Numbered from the stretch's first letter, positions 46,879-57,119 are shown. The stretch is DNA of 64,000 nucleotides from Candidatus Poribacteria bacterium (GCA_965214095.1 OZ243938.1:2432001-2496000), one strand, 5' to 3'. The notes: a model not told the origin generated them from the letters alone. Made by a program: numbers and translations.

Positions 46879-49874
46879 TGAAAATGTGCAGAAACGTTGT
46901 TTGTTCAAAGTGGATACATAAACTGAATACTTACATGGTTATTCTGGTGTGTTTAGGTACATTCCTCCTTATTCCGGGAGACCTATTCGCACAACGGGGT
47001 GGTCAGAGTACAATGGAAGTTGCTGAACGGGATGAGGAAACTGGTGAACCCTTAACGTTTAACTTCAACTTCACCAGTGATGAACTCAAAAATGTGTTTG
47101 AATGGCTTTCACGAGAAACCGACCTTACGATTATCGCAAGTGAAAACGATATTCAAGGGAAAAAATTCGCATTAATTAACCTCAGAAACGTCACGCTTGA
47201 TGAAGTCATAGAACATGTCAAAACGATTCTCGCTCAATATAACTTAACATTTGTTAAATCCAATAGCACCCTCATTGTGACTACTTTTGAAAAAGCTACT
47301 GTGATGAATGTACCGGTGAAAGTTATACAGGCAGATCCAGAACAAGTAGAAATGACTGATGAAATACAGACTTACATTATCCAATTGGAAAATGCCGCCG
47401 CAACAGAACAAGCCGGGGTTTTGAAACCTTTATTAAATAGACAGGCAAACATCTTTGCAGATTCAATGACAAACGCACTTGTCATCACAGATGTGTCATC
47501 TAACGTTCACAGAATCGTTTCAATTTTGCAATTCGCAGATGAAGGTGACCCTTCTCCATTAAAAATAGCTTTAATCCCACTTGCTTACGCGGACGCTGAA
47601 TCTCTAAAACAAACATTTGACAAAGTATTTGATGATAGCAATGAAGATGACACTCCCCCAGGAAGACAGGTTGCTATGAGTCCCGAGGAAATTAGGCAAG
47701 CTATTGAAGATGGCATTGGAATACCATTAGTTGAGGGAATGGTCAAGGTGGAGGCAGATAGCAGTTCAAATACGCTTATTATCAAAGCAGCTGAAGAAAA
47801 TATAACACTACTTAAAGAAATAATTCTTCATCTTGATAAAGCACCAACCCTTTCAACAGATATTCGCACATTTCGTCTCGAATATGCAATAGCAGAAGAT
47901 GTTGCCACAACACTTGAAGAGATAATCACTGGAGATAATATACAAGGTGGTGGGAGAAGAAGTTTTGACAGAGAAGATATTTTAGAAATGATGACATATC
48001 GCAGAAACCAAGGTAACACAAGTGATATTTTTCAAGGTATTGTTGGCTTGGTAAACATCTCTTATGACGAACGGTTGAACATCGTTATTATCTCTTCTGA
48101 TCCCCGCAATTTCACCATTATTGAGAAAATCATTGAAGTACTTGATCAACAGCAGACAGAAAATGAGTTCAAGATGTATCTGCTTGAATTTGCAGATGCT
48201 GTAACCCTAAAGGAGAACCTAACCCAACTGTTTGAAGGTGAGGATACAGGCGGTGGTAGCAGCCGAAGTTGGTGGGATTGGGATAGAAGGTCATCATCCA
48301 ACCAAGATACCGGTTTTGGGGTACAAGGCACTGTTCACATGGTTGAAGATATTAGACTGAATGCATTGCTCATTTCTACTTCTGCTCAGAATTTTGCAAT
48401 GATTGATGATCTGATCAAAAAACTTGATGTCAACCTACCTGACCAAGAATGGGGGTCAAAGATCTTTTATCTCAAATATGCTGATGCTGAAAATATCGCA
48501 AATCTAATAAACACACATTATCAAGGAAACCAAGACGATTTTAGTGGTGGAGATAGTTACTATTATTACAGATATACTCTGCCGCAACGTCAATCAACCC
48601 CGCAAGCACAAGGCTCACTCGCAGGTAATGTCGCAGCACAACCTTTAGCGAGTCACAATGCACTCATTGTTTCAACAGGAACAAAACGAAACTTTGAGAT
48701 GGTAGAAAGCTTTATTAAACAACTGGATATACCGACACCTCCGCCGATGGCTGAAGTTACTCAAATCATTCGTCTTGAATACGCAACGGCGGATGCACTT
48801 GTTCAGGTGCTTGAACAAGTGTGGCAAGAAGTGCAATCTGAGGATGAAGGTTCTGGTTTTCGAAGGTTTTTCAGTTCAAGATTTGGTGAGGAAGAACCGA
48901 CTGATATAAATTCACTCTTCGGTAAAGTCACTATTTATGCCGATCCAGATACAAACTCACTTGTTGTCACCACCCGCCGTCGTTATCTTGATCAGGTGAA
49001 AGCACTTATAAAAAGACTTGATTTCGTTAGAGGACAAGTGCGGATTGATATTAAAATCCTTGAAGTTACCCTTGATGAAACGACAAAACTCGGTATTGAA
49101 ATGGCTGCTAATGAAAAGAAACTTGGTGGTCTTGAACTCAGTCCGATTAACCCACTTATTGGGGATGCAAATGCTGAACTTGGACTTGCACAAGAAATTT
49201 CTGGTTTCAATTATAGTTTGGTTACCAAAGAATATATGGCACTGCTTCACACACTTATCCGTGAAAATAAAGTCAAAACACTTTCTACACCAACGATCAC
49301 GACACGCGATAGCCATGCTGCTACATGGAGCAGTGGACGCAGAATCCCATATCTCCAAAGCGTTGATACCAATAGTATCCTTGGAGATACCGCTACACAA
49401 CCGCTTTTCAACTACGATTTTATCGATCCACCTGTCGGTATTAACATATCACTCATACCTTATATCGCAAGATCACAAGCAGATGAAAATGGAAAACGAA
49501 CAATCGGATTAGATATTACAAATATCAGTGCCAGTAACTTTATTGAATTCACAGATTTTAATGCCCCAATAACAGATGATAACTCACTCAGTGTCTATAT
49601 TGACGTTGAAGATGGACAACAACTTATCGTCGGTGGTATTATTCGCAAGAAACAGAAACAGGTGGAAAACAAAGTGCCTATACTTGGCGATATTCCTTTA
49701 CTCGGAAGGCTCTTCAAAAGCACAGAAACCGAAGTTCAAGATACTGAGATTGTGTTCATTATTACACCGCACATCATAGATATAAAGAACCCTGCTGACC
49801 TTGAAAAACTGAAGCAGAAAGAGGCAGAGTGGCGAAAAAATGGACAGATTGATTTAGAGGAATCAACGAAATAG
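46878..49874 (+). CDS. gspD: Secretin GspD, copy 1 (998 aa)
   Basis: N0 plus repeated L.YA.A..L / D...N.L N-domains; QVRIDIKILEV; KVPILGDIPLLGRLFKS. Confidence 0.9.
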   Translation: MKMCRNVVCSKWIHKLNTYMVILVCLGTFLLIPGDLFAQRGGQSTMEVAERDEETGEPLTFNFNFTSDELKNVFEWLSRETDLTIIASENDIQGKKFALINLRNVTLDEVIEHVKTILAQYNLTFVKSNSTLIVTTFEKATVMNVPVKVIQADPEQVEMTDEIQTYIIQLENAAATEQAGVLKPLLNRQANIFADSMTNALVITDVSSNVHRIVSILQFADEGDPSPLKIALIPLAYADAESLKQTFDKVFDDSNEDDTPPGRQVAMSPEEIRQAIEDGIGIPLVEGMVKVEADSSSNTLIIKAAEENITLLKEIILHLDKAPTLSTDIRTFRLEYAIAEDVATTLEEIITGDNIQGGGRRSFDREDILEMMTYRRNQGNTSDIFQGIVGLVNISYDERLNIVIISSDPRNFTIIEKIIEVLDQQQTENEFKMYLLEFADAVTLKENLTQLFEGEDTGGGSSRSWWDWDRRSSSNQDTGFGVQGTVHMVEDIRLNALLISTSAQNFAMIDDLIKKLDVNLPDQEWGSKIFYLKYADAENIANLINTHYQGNQDDFSGGDSYYYYRYTLPQRQSTPQAQGSLAGNVAAQPLASHNALIVSTGTKRNFEMVESFIKQLDIPTPPPMAEVTQIIRLEYATADALVQVLEQVWQEVQSEDEGSGFRRFFSSRFGEEEPTDINSLFGKVTIYADPDTNSLVVTTRRRYLDQVKALIKRLDFVRGQVRIDIKILEVTLDETTKLGIEMAANEKKLGGLELSPINPLIGDANAELGLAQEISGFNYSLVTKEYMALLHTLIRENKVKTLSTPTITTRDSHAATWSSGRRIPYLQSVDTNSILGDTATQPLFNYDFIDPPVGINISLIPYIARSQADENGKRTIGLDITNISASNFIEFTDFNAPITDDNSLSVYIDVEDGQQLIVGGIIRKKQKQVENKVPILGDIPLLGRLFKSTETEVQDTEIVFIITPHIIDIKNPADLEKLKQKEAEWRKNGQIDLEESTK

Positions 49875-50001
49875 GTGTTGATTTCATTTAAATCAAGCCT
49901 TGAAAGCAGACTGTTTTAAATAATGCTAACGCAACCTGACATGCTAAGATTTATCAAAACTATATCAATTTTTAAGTTCGAATAATTACGAGGAACTATT
50001 A

Positions 50002-52992
50002 ATGACATTGAAATTGCCTAAATTCTTGAATGCCTTACCTAAACAAAACCGCATATTAAGCATCTTTGTTCTGGTGTGCATCGGGTTATTCGTCCTTATA
50101 CCAGGGGATCTGTTTGCACAACGTGGTCAGGGAACAATGGAAGTTGCTGAACGGGATGAGGAAACTGGTGAACCCTTAACGTTTAACTTCAACTTCACCA
50201 GTGATGAACTCAAAAATGTGTTTGAATGGCTTTCAAGAGAAACTGACCTTACGATTATCGCAAGTGAAAACGATATTCAAGGGAAAAAATTCGCATTAAT
50301 TAACCTCAGAAACGTTACGCTTGATGAAGTCATAGAGCATGTCAAAACAATACTCGCTCAATACAACTTAACTTTTGTTAGATCCAATAGCACCCTCATT
50401 GTGACAACTTTTGAGAAAGCAAAAGTAATGAATGTACCTGTCAAAATCATAGAGGCTAATCCTGATCTGGTTGAAATGACCGATGAAATACAAACATATA
50501 TCATCCAATTAGTAAATGCATCAGCATCGGAACAAGTAGACAAATTGAAACCTTTATTGAATAGACAGGCAAACATCTTCGCTGACTCAACGACCAACGC
50601 ACTTATTATTACAGATGTGTCATCAAACATCCGTAGAATCGTCTCAATTTTGCAATTTGCAGATGAAGGCGACCCTTCTCCATTAAAGATAGCTTTAGTT
50701 CCACTCGCATACGCGGACGCTGAATCTCTACAACAAACACTTGAACAAGTATTTGAGGATAACGATGAAGATGACATACAACCAAGAGGTCAAGTCGGTA
50801 TGACCCCTGAGGAGATTAAACAAGCTATTGAACAAGGTTTAGGTGTGCCATTGGTTAAGGGAATGGTTAAAGTGGAGGCAGATAGCAGTTCAAATACCAT
50901 TATTCTTAAAGCCGCCGAAGACAATCTAATAATCCTTAAAGAAATAATTCTGCATCTTGATAAATCTCAAGGACTTCAGACAGAAATTCGCACTTATAGA
51001 CTACAGTATGCAATCGCAGAGGATGTCGCCACAATACTTGATCAGATTATTGTTGGTGAAAGCGATGCAGGTGATAGAGCAAGATTTGACAGAGAGGATA
51101 TGTTTAGATTACGCAGAGAACGCAGAGAACGAGGTCTATCAGTTGACCTTTTCCAAGGGATTATCGGACTTGTAAATATCACCAGTGATGATCGGTTGAA
51201 CATTGTAATTGTCTCTACTGACCCGCGGAATTATACTATCATTGAGAAAATTATTGAAGTGCTTGATCAAAAACAAACAGAAAATGAATTCAAGATGTAT
51301 CTACTTGAATTTGCTGATGCTACAACTCTCAAAGAACAATTAACCGCCCTGTTTGAAGGTGAGGATACGGGTGGTAGCGAACGGAATTGGTGGGATTGGG
51401 ATAGTAGATCATCATCAAATCAAGATACCGGTTTCGGTGTACAAGGAACTGTTCACATTGTAGAAAATATTAGACTCAATGCTTTGCTCATTTCTACTTC
51501 TGCTAACAATTTTCCGATGATAGATGATTTAATTGAGAAACTTGATGTTACCCTTCCCGACCAAGAGTGGGGGTCAAGAATCTTTTATCTCAAATATGCT
51601 GATGCTGAAAATATCGCAAATCTGATAAATACACATTACCAAGGTAACCAAGACGATTTTAGTGGCGGTAGTAGTTACTCCTACTACAGATATTATCTGC
51701 CACAACGTCAATCAACCCCACAAGCACAAGGTTCACTCGCAGGTAATGTCGCTGCTCAACCTTTAGCAAGTCATAATGCACTCATCGTATCTACAGGAAC
51801 AAAACGAAACTTTGAGATGGTAGAAAGTTTTATTGAGCAGCTTGATATACCCACGCCTGAAGAACAGGTAGAAGTCACCGATATAATTCGCCTTGAATAT
51901 GCAACTGCGGATTCTATTGCACAGTTGCTATCACAAGTTTGGCAGGACCAACAAGCTGAGGATGATGGGTTTGGTTTCTTTTTCTTTTATGACGATGATA
52001 ATCGCAATCAGGATGAATCGAGTGACATTAATTCACTTTATGGTAAGGTGACAGTCTATGCTGACCCAAATACGAACTCGCTTGTTGTTACGACTCGCCG
52101 CCGCTATCTTGAGCAGGTGAGAGCACTCATTAAACAACTTGATTTCGTCCGAGGGCAAGTGCGCATTGATATTAAGATCCTTGAAGTCACCCTTGATGAG
52201 ACAACAAAACTCGGTATTGAAGCAGCTGCCACTGAGAAGAGACTCGGTGGTCTTGAACTTAGTCCAATTAACCCACTCATCGGTGATGCCAATGCAAACC
52301 TTGGACTCGCGCAAGAAATTTCAGGTTTCAATTATAGTTTGGCTACGAAAGAATATATGGCACTACTTTATACACTCATCCGTGAAAATAAAGTCAAGAC
52401 GCTTTCAACACCGACAATCACAACGCGTGATAGTCGTCCGGCAACATGGAGTAGTGGACGCCGCATTCCATACCTACAAAGTGTAGATACCAATAGCATC
52501 CTTGGAGATACCGCCACACAACCGCTTTTCAACTACGATTTTATTGATCCACCAGTTGGTATTAATATTGCACTTACACCTCATATTGCAAAATCACTGG
52601 CTGGAGAAGACGGCAAACGGACAATCGGTTTAAATATAACAAATATCAGTGCAAGTAACTTCATTGAATTTACAGAGTTCAATGCGCCGATAACAGACGA
52701 CAATGCACTAAGTGCGTACGTTGATGTTGAAGATGGACAACAACTAATTGTAGGTGGTATCATTCGTAAAAAGCAGAAACAGGTAGAAAATAAAGTGCCT
52801 ATACTCGGAGATATTCCATTACTCGGACGGCTTTTCAAAAGCACAGAAACCGTCGCTGAAGATACAGAGATCGTCTTTATAATAACACCCCATATAATAG
52901 ACATCAAGAATCCAGAGGATATAAAAAAGTTGAGACAGACTGAGGATGATTGGCGAAAAAATGGAATGAACGAATTTGAGTACTCTGAATAA
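50002..52992 (+). CDS. gspD: Secretin GspD, copy 2 (996 aa)
   Basis: Colinear paralogue of copy 1; GAGG RBS. Confidence 0.9.
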   Translation: MTLKLPKFLNALPKQNRILSIFVLVCIGLFVLIPGDLFAQRGQGTMEVAERDEETGEPLTFNFNFTSDELKNVFEWLSRETDLTIIASENDIQGKKFALINLRNVTLDEVIEHVKTILAQYNLTFVRSNSTLIVTTFEKAKVMNVPVKIIEANPDLVEMTDEIQTYIIQLVNASASEQVDKLKPLLNRQANIFADSTTNALIITDVSSNIRRIVSILQFADEGDPSPLKIALVPLAYADAESLQQTLEQVFEDNDEDDIQPRGQVGMTPEEIKQAIEQGLGVPLVKGMVKVEADSSSNTIILKAAEDNLIILKEIILHLDKSQGLQTEIRTYRLQYAIAEDVATILDQIIVGESDAGDRARFDREDMFRLRRERRERGLSVDLFQGIIGLVNITSDDRLNIVIVSTDPRNYTIIEKIIEVLDQKQTENEFKMYLLEFADATTLKEQLTALFEGEDTGGSERNWWDWDSRSSSNQDTGFGVQGTVHIVENIRLNALLISTSANNFPMIDDLIEKLDVTLPDQEWGSRIFYLKYADAENIANLINTHYQGNQDDFSGGSSYSYYRYYLPQRQSTPQAQGSLAGNVAAQPLASHNALIVSTGTKRNFEMVESFIEQLDIPTPEEQVEVTDIIRLEYATADSIAQLLSQVWQDQQAEDDGFGFFFFYDDDNRNQDESSDINSLYGKVTVYADPNTNSLVVTTRRRYLEQVRALIKQLDFVRGQVRIDIKILEVTLDETTKLGIEAAATEKRLGGLELSPINPLIGDANANLGLAQEISGFNYSLATKEYMALLYTLIRENKVKTLSTPTITTRDSRPATWSSGRRIPYLQSVDTNSILGDTATQPLFNYDFIDPPVGINIALTPHIAKSLAGEDGKRTIGLNITNISASNFIEFTEFNAPITDDNALSAYVDVEDGQQLIVGGIIRKKQKQVENKVPILGDIPLLGRLFKSTETVAEDTEIVFIITPHIIDIKNPEDIKKLRQTEDDWRKNGMNEFEYSE

Positions 52993-53030
52993 TAAATAAT
53001 AAAATGTAGACATTGATTTATCCTTAGATA

Positions 53031-53060
53031 TGGGACGGGTGCTTAACTCGTCCCAATTTT
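53031..53060 (+). terminator. Intrinsic terminator after the T2SS operon
   Basis: TGGGACGGGT-gctta-ACTCGTCCCA followed by ATTTT. Confidence 0.6.
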
Positions 53061-53064
53061 CATT

Positions 53065-53260
53065 TGTAGTAAAAACCATAATTATTTACACACGACGGTA
53101 GGTTCGGTTTCCTAACCGAACCTTATGCGTCAATTTAGCGTCCTTCCAAGTGCCGGTAGGTTCGGTTTCCTAACCGAACCGGTGTTTGTTCAGTATCATA
53201 GATGCGGTTAGGAAACCGCATCTACCGAGGAGTGTGCACCTATTTTTGCATTTCACTATA
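53065..53260. mobile_element. Composite miniature element with three REP hairpins; contains half of the 1889-2057 element
   Basis: TGTAGT...ACTATA ends; 53123-53182 is the near reverse complement of 1998-2057. Confidence 0.65.
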
Positions 53261-53281
53261 TAATGTAGAAATAATTATTTC

Positions 53282-53310
53282 TTGACAAATTTTATCACAC
53301 TTGCTATACT
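53282..53310 (+). promoter_or_regulatory. sigma70 promoter with extended -10
   Basis: TTGACA-17-TATACT with TGn. Confidence 0.7.
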
Positions 53311-53537
53311 ACTGACTTGCATTGCTTGATATAGGATTTACTTGCCTCAGAAAATCAAGCAATTCCCATAATGAAATCGCGGCTACTCAATAAAATGCTT
53401 GTAATAGTCGCATTTTCCAATTAATACATTTTTACTATGGGATATCCATAAATAAAACTTCGATTTTCCATAGAAAAAACATTGAAATTTTATAGGTTTG
53501 ACACCTATATGCTATTTTTAAAGGAGATCTGATTTAA

Positions 53538-54410
53538 ATGAAAAGTTATATTGGTATTGTCATTGTTGTGCTTATGTTAAGTGCGACAATAGTTACAGCA
53601 AACGATCTTGCTATCTATTCTGGTCCCACAAATCCTGATTGGATTTCTGCTGGTGCTGTTGAGGAAAATACTGAAACAGTTATGACCGACGCTGGTGTAA
53701 AAGCACTCTTTAATAAGATTGAAAACTTTGGCGATGGTGACGAAATGGGTGATGACTCTCCACTTGGACAGTGGTGTGTTGAACACACAGGAAATGGACA
53801 GCAGGATGTTATTCTCCTTGCATGTGGTACATCTCCGAGTGCGCTATATCCGTTTCCCAATCTCAAACCAGATGGGTCAAACGTAGAGAACTTTATTGAA
53901 GCAGGAAACGTCGTTATCAACGTCGCTGACTGGATCTTCTACATGAGTTATGAAGGTGGTGTCCGCAGTGCAGATAACGCGGCAGCTGGTGCTGCAAATG
54001 TCTTTGACATCCCAGGATTAGATTTTGGTGAACGCGGTCAAGGAACTTTCGCTATGAAACCCACCGATTTAGGTGAAAAGTATATCCCTTCCCTGGCAAA
54101 TTTTAGTTCTAATCGACCATGGCATGTTGAACAGTTTGCCAATACAGACTGGGATTTAGTTATTTTTGCCGAAGCAGATGCAAATAACGCGGATCCCGCG
54201 GTTGCTATTAGCAAAGAATCTGGTGAAGATGGAACTGGTATGATTGCTGCGATGTGGCAGGCTGCAATACCGGTTTGGCAGGGGACAGACCCGCGTGGTA
54301 TCGGTGTAGTAGAATTCATCACGAATTGGTTATCTGAAAATGCGACATTGGATGTGCATGCAAATAATAAGTTGTCTACAACTTGGGGACACATCAAACA
54401 AGGTCGGTAA
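53538..54410 (+). CDS. Secreted hypothetical protein with C-terminal TTWG.IK tail
   Basis: Signal peptide; ends LDVHANNKLSTTWGHIKQGR; AAGGAG RBS. Confidence 0.8.
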   Translation: MKSYIGIVIVVLMLSATIVTANDLAIYSGPTNPDWISAGAVEENTETVMTDAGVKALFNKIENFGDGDEMGDDSPLGQWCVEHTGNGQQDVILLACGTSPSALYPFPNLKPDGSNVENFIEAGNVVINVADWIFYMSYEGGVRSADNAAAGAANVFDIPGLDFGERGQGTFAMKPTDLGEKYIPSLANFSSNRPWHVEQFANTDWDLVIFAEADANNADPAVAISKESGEDGTGMIAAMWQAAIPVWQGTDPRGIGVVEFITNWLSENATLDVHANNKLSTTWGHIKQGR

Positions 54411-54425
54411 ACTGATTCATCTTAT

Positions 54426-54459
54426 GCGGGGACAGTGGTTGAACTGTTCCCGCTTTTTT
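54426..54459 (+). terminator. Intrinsic terminator
   Basis: GCGGGGACAGT-ggttga-ACTGTTCCCGC-TTTTTT. Confidence 0.8.
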
Positions 54460-54464
54460 AATTC

Positions 54465-55136
54465 CTAACGTATATTCCGATATAGTTTCGCAAGTCTATC
54501 CAATGAGAACCCTATAGAATAAAGAAAGGTGATTAGCCAATTTTTTGCTGTTGTGTTGATAATACCGTTTCTTTCCCATCTGCGTGCAGAGATATGAATA
54601 TGCGGTTTCACCATTTTTGTCTTTCCTAACCTTCGCAACTCTTTAGAAAAACCCATCTCCTCCATAATCGGGACATCTGGAAATCCACCAATTTTTTGAA
54701 AGTCTGTTCGCCGGACGAAAATGCCGCTATCTCCGTAGAAAATCTTTAGATACTTACCACGCATGTTTGCAGATAACTCAATGAGACGATATAGTAAACT
54801 TTTCCCATCAATCTTTTGAAGAAATCCCCCACCAATGTACCCCGATGACAACGCTGCTTCTACTGCATTGAATGCTCCTTTTTCAAGCCAAACATCTGCG
54901 TGTAGGAAGATGAGGATATCGCCATTTGCTGCGTTTACGCCTGCATTTAATTGTTTTGCGCGTCCGCGTTCGGATTTGATTACTTTCCCATATTTTTCAG
55001 CAATTTGGACAGAATTGTCTGTGCTTCCACCATCAACAACAATGAGTTCATGTCCTTCCAATTCTGGTTGAAGTTGAGATAACGTTTTATCTAAAATCTT
55101 TGCTTCATTCAGGACGGGTATAATAACTGAAATCAT
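54465..55136 (-). CDS. GT2 glycosyltransferase (TIGR04283-like family)
   Basis: SVIIPVLNE, VVDGGSTD, GRAKQLNAG, FLHAD, YGD.GIF, SARRW. Confidence 0.88.
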   Translation of the reverse strand: MISVIIPVLNEAKILDKTLSQLQPELEGHELIVVDGGSTDNSVQIAEKYGKVIKSERGRAKQLNAGVNAANGDILIFLHADVWLEKGAFNAVEAALSSGYIGGGFLQKIDGKSLLYRLIELSANMRGKYLKIFYGDSGIFVRRTDFQKIGGFPDVPIMEEMGFSKELRRLGKTKMVKPHIHISARRWERNGIINTTAKNWLITFLYSIGFSLDRLAKLYRNIR

Positions 55137-55148
55137 TTTTCAACACTA

Positions 55149-55251
55149 TATAGTGAATTATAAATATAAGTTGACACTTTCGACCCACGGTAGGCGAGGT
55201 TTCCTAACCTCGCCGATGCAGAGTGTTCAAGTAATTTCAAAATCTACTATA
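55149..55251. mobile_element. 103-bp MITE, family A copy 3
   Basis: Near-identical to 14314-14416; its end overlaps the cyclase stop codon. Confidence 0.8.
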
Positions 55252-56965
55252 TCACGGCATTATTGATATATTGATTCAGTGCCAATATTGGAAAAACAGA
55301 AGCGTAGATTGGATCACCGTATCCCCCGATTACTTCCCAATAAATACCGACACAACTTTCTTGCCATGAACCTTCTTCTCGCTGTTGTTCAAGGAGAAAC
55401 TGAATGCCTTTTTGGGCTGCAGAACTATTTGCATCAACAAGTAACAATGCATAGGAACACCATGCGGTTTGCTCAACTGTGGTTCCAATCGGATTGCCAA
55501 ACATATCTTCTCCCCAACCACCGTCCTCATTTTGGGTTAGTTTTAGCCACTGCACCGCTCGTGTAATTTCAGGTGCGTCTTTGCATCCTGCTTTTACAAG
55601 TGCTGCAAGCGCGCATGCTGTCCCGTAGGTTCGCTTTGCTAACCAAAGGTCATCCCAATAGCCATCCTTATGTATGTTAGACCGAAGCCATTTTATTCCG
55701 TTGTCAACATAAACCTGACTTTCACCATGCACGAGTAACGCTTCAATGGCATGTGCTGTGATACTCACACATCCGACATCACCTTGTCCAGGTTGATATG
55801 TACTCCAACTTCCGTCTGTGCCTTGGTTCTGTTTTAGCCATTCGATTCCACGTTGAACAGCACTTTTAGCATCATCGGATTGTAGGTTTGCTCGTATGAT
55901 AGCGAGGGTAGCTAAGGCTGTGTCGTCTGCATCGCTTGGAAGTGTACTGTCGCGCATCCCAGAAAATGCCCATCCGCCGTTGTCATTTTGATGGTCAACA
56001 AGCCACTGTGCTCCTTTCTGGATTACTTCTGGATTGCCGTTATATCTTGTGTCTGCCTCCGTCAAAGCGATAATGCTCAAGCCTGTATCCCATACATTAA
56101 GGTTCAGTGCCTCTCGACAACCACCATCGGGATTCTTAGTATTCTGTAGCCATTCAATTCCCTTTTCAATCAATGCGGAAATATCGGAGTCTACATCCAT
56201 TTTTTTGCTGAGTTCAATGAGTGCTAAAACAGATAATGCGGTGATATAATTGACACGAAACCAACTGCCATCACTGAGAACCCGTTCTTTTAGCCAAGCC
56301 ACTAAAGCATTGATTATATCGGAACGTTCTGTGGTGTTTAGTTCTATCAGGATAAAAACCGGCACTAAGGTGTGTTGCTCAGCAATAAATAACTCATCAA
56401 ATAGTGATGTGTTGAACATGTCTACGGGTGGTAGTTTGTTTCGGGGCGGTTTCAGGACAGCACGCAATGCGGGGATCCGTGTAAGAAACTTAACAAATTT
56501 CATCAATGGCAATGCATTTTTTGAAACGGTCAATTTCTCCCAGTCATAACGATTGAATGCTGCATAGGCGAGTTTGACTAAAGCGAGATCAAGTGGATAA
56601 ATCGGTATACGTGATATACATTTCTCAAGCTGTGGTGTAGATTCGTTTTCACTGACCTGTTCCAAGATCAATCGGGAAAACAACGTAGCTTCAGAGTTCG
56701 TCTGATTTGCAGCATCCAATCCCCATGAACCGTGTTCGTTTTGGTTTTTTATGAACCAGTCAACTAATGTCGGTTCTGGCATTTCACCTTGGGCAAGTTG
56801 GATCCATGCATACGCACAAGATGGGAACGTGCTTGAGGAAAGTTGTCCTTCAAAGTTTCCATTCGGCTGCTGTTGTGTGAGCAAAAAGTCAATACTGCGT
56901 GTTAATGCAGATGTTGCTTGTTGGTTTATATCTGAGTTGGGTTGTGGTTTCTGTTCTTGATGCAT
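55247..56965 (-). CDS. Squalene-hopene cyclase-like class II terpene cyclase
   Basis: DADDTA catalytic motif; VWDT; QW repeats (QNEHGSW, QNDNGGW, QGTDGSW, QNEDGGWGE, QREEGSW). Start 56965 preferred over 57007. Confidence 0.85.
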   Translation of the reverse strand: MHQEQKPQPNSDINQQATSALTRSIDFLLTQQQPNGNFEGQLSSSTFPSCAYAWIQLAQGEMPEPTLVDWFIKNQNEHGSWGLDAANQTNSEATLFSRLILEQVSENESTPQLEKCISRIPIYPLDLALVKLAYAAFNRYDWEKLTVSKNALPLMKFVKFLTRIPALRAVLKPPRNKLPPVDMFNTSLFDELFIAEQHTLVPVFILIELNTTERSDIINALVAWLKERVLSDGSWFRVNYITALSVLALIELSKKMDVDSDISALIEKGIEWLQNTKNPDGGCREALNLNVWDTGLSIIALTEADTRYNGNPEVIQKGAQWLVDHQNDNGGWAFSGMRDSTLPSDADDTALATLAIIRANLQSDDAKSAVQRGIEWLKQNQGTDGSWSTYQPGQGDVGCVSITAHAIEALLVHGESQVYVDNGIKWLRSNIHKDGYWDDLWLAKRTYGTACALAALVKAGCKDAPEITRAVQWLKLTQNEDGGWGEDMFGNPIGTTVEQTAWCSYALLLVDANSSAAQKGIQFLLEQQREEGSWQESCVGIYWEVIGGYGDPIYASVFPILALNQYINNAVI

Positions 56966-57119
56966 TTCTTGATATTCTAAAAATAAAATCTGTGTGAAGT
57001 ATATCATATATGGTTGAGATAGACAACTTTATTCTCTAAGTAACCCTAACAACAATTTTGAAATACTTGTCAAGCAACAGAATATGTGGTATGATTTTAT
57101 CTATGAAAGGAGTCATAAA

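Noticed and set aside
36329-52992. Type IVa pilus or competence system
   Set aside because: The major pilin has GspG-specific motifs, GspK is present, and there is no PilT or ComEC in the window.
55247-57007. Oxidosqualene cyclase (sterol synthesis)
   Set aside because: The catalytic motif is DADDTA (SHC-type), not DCTAE.
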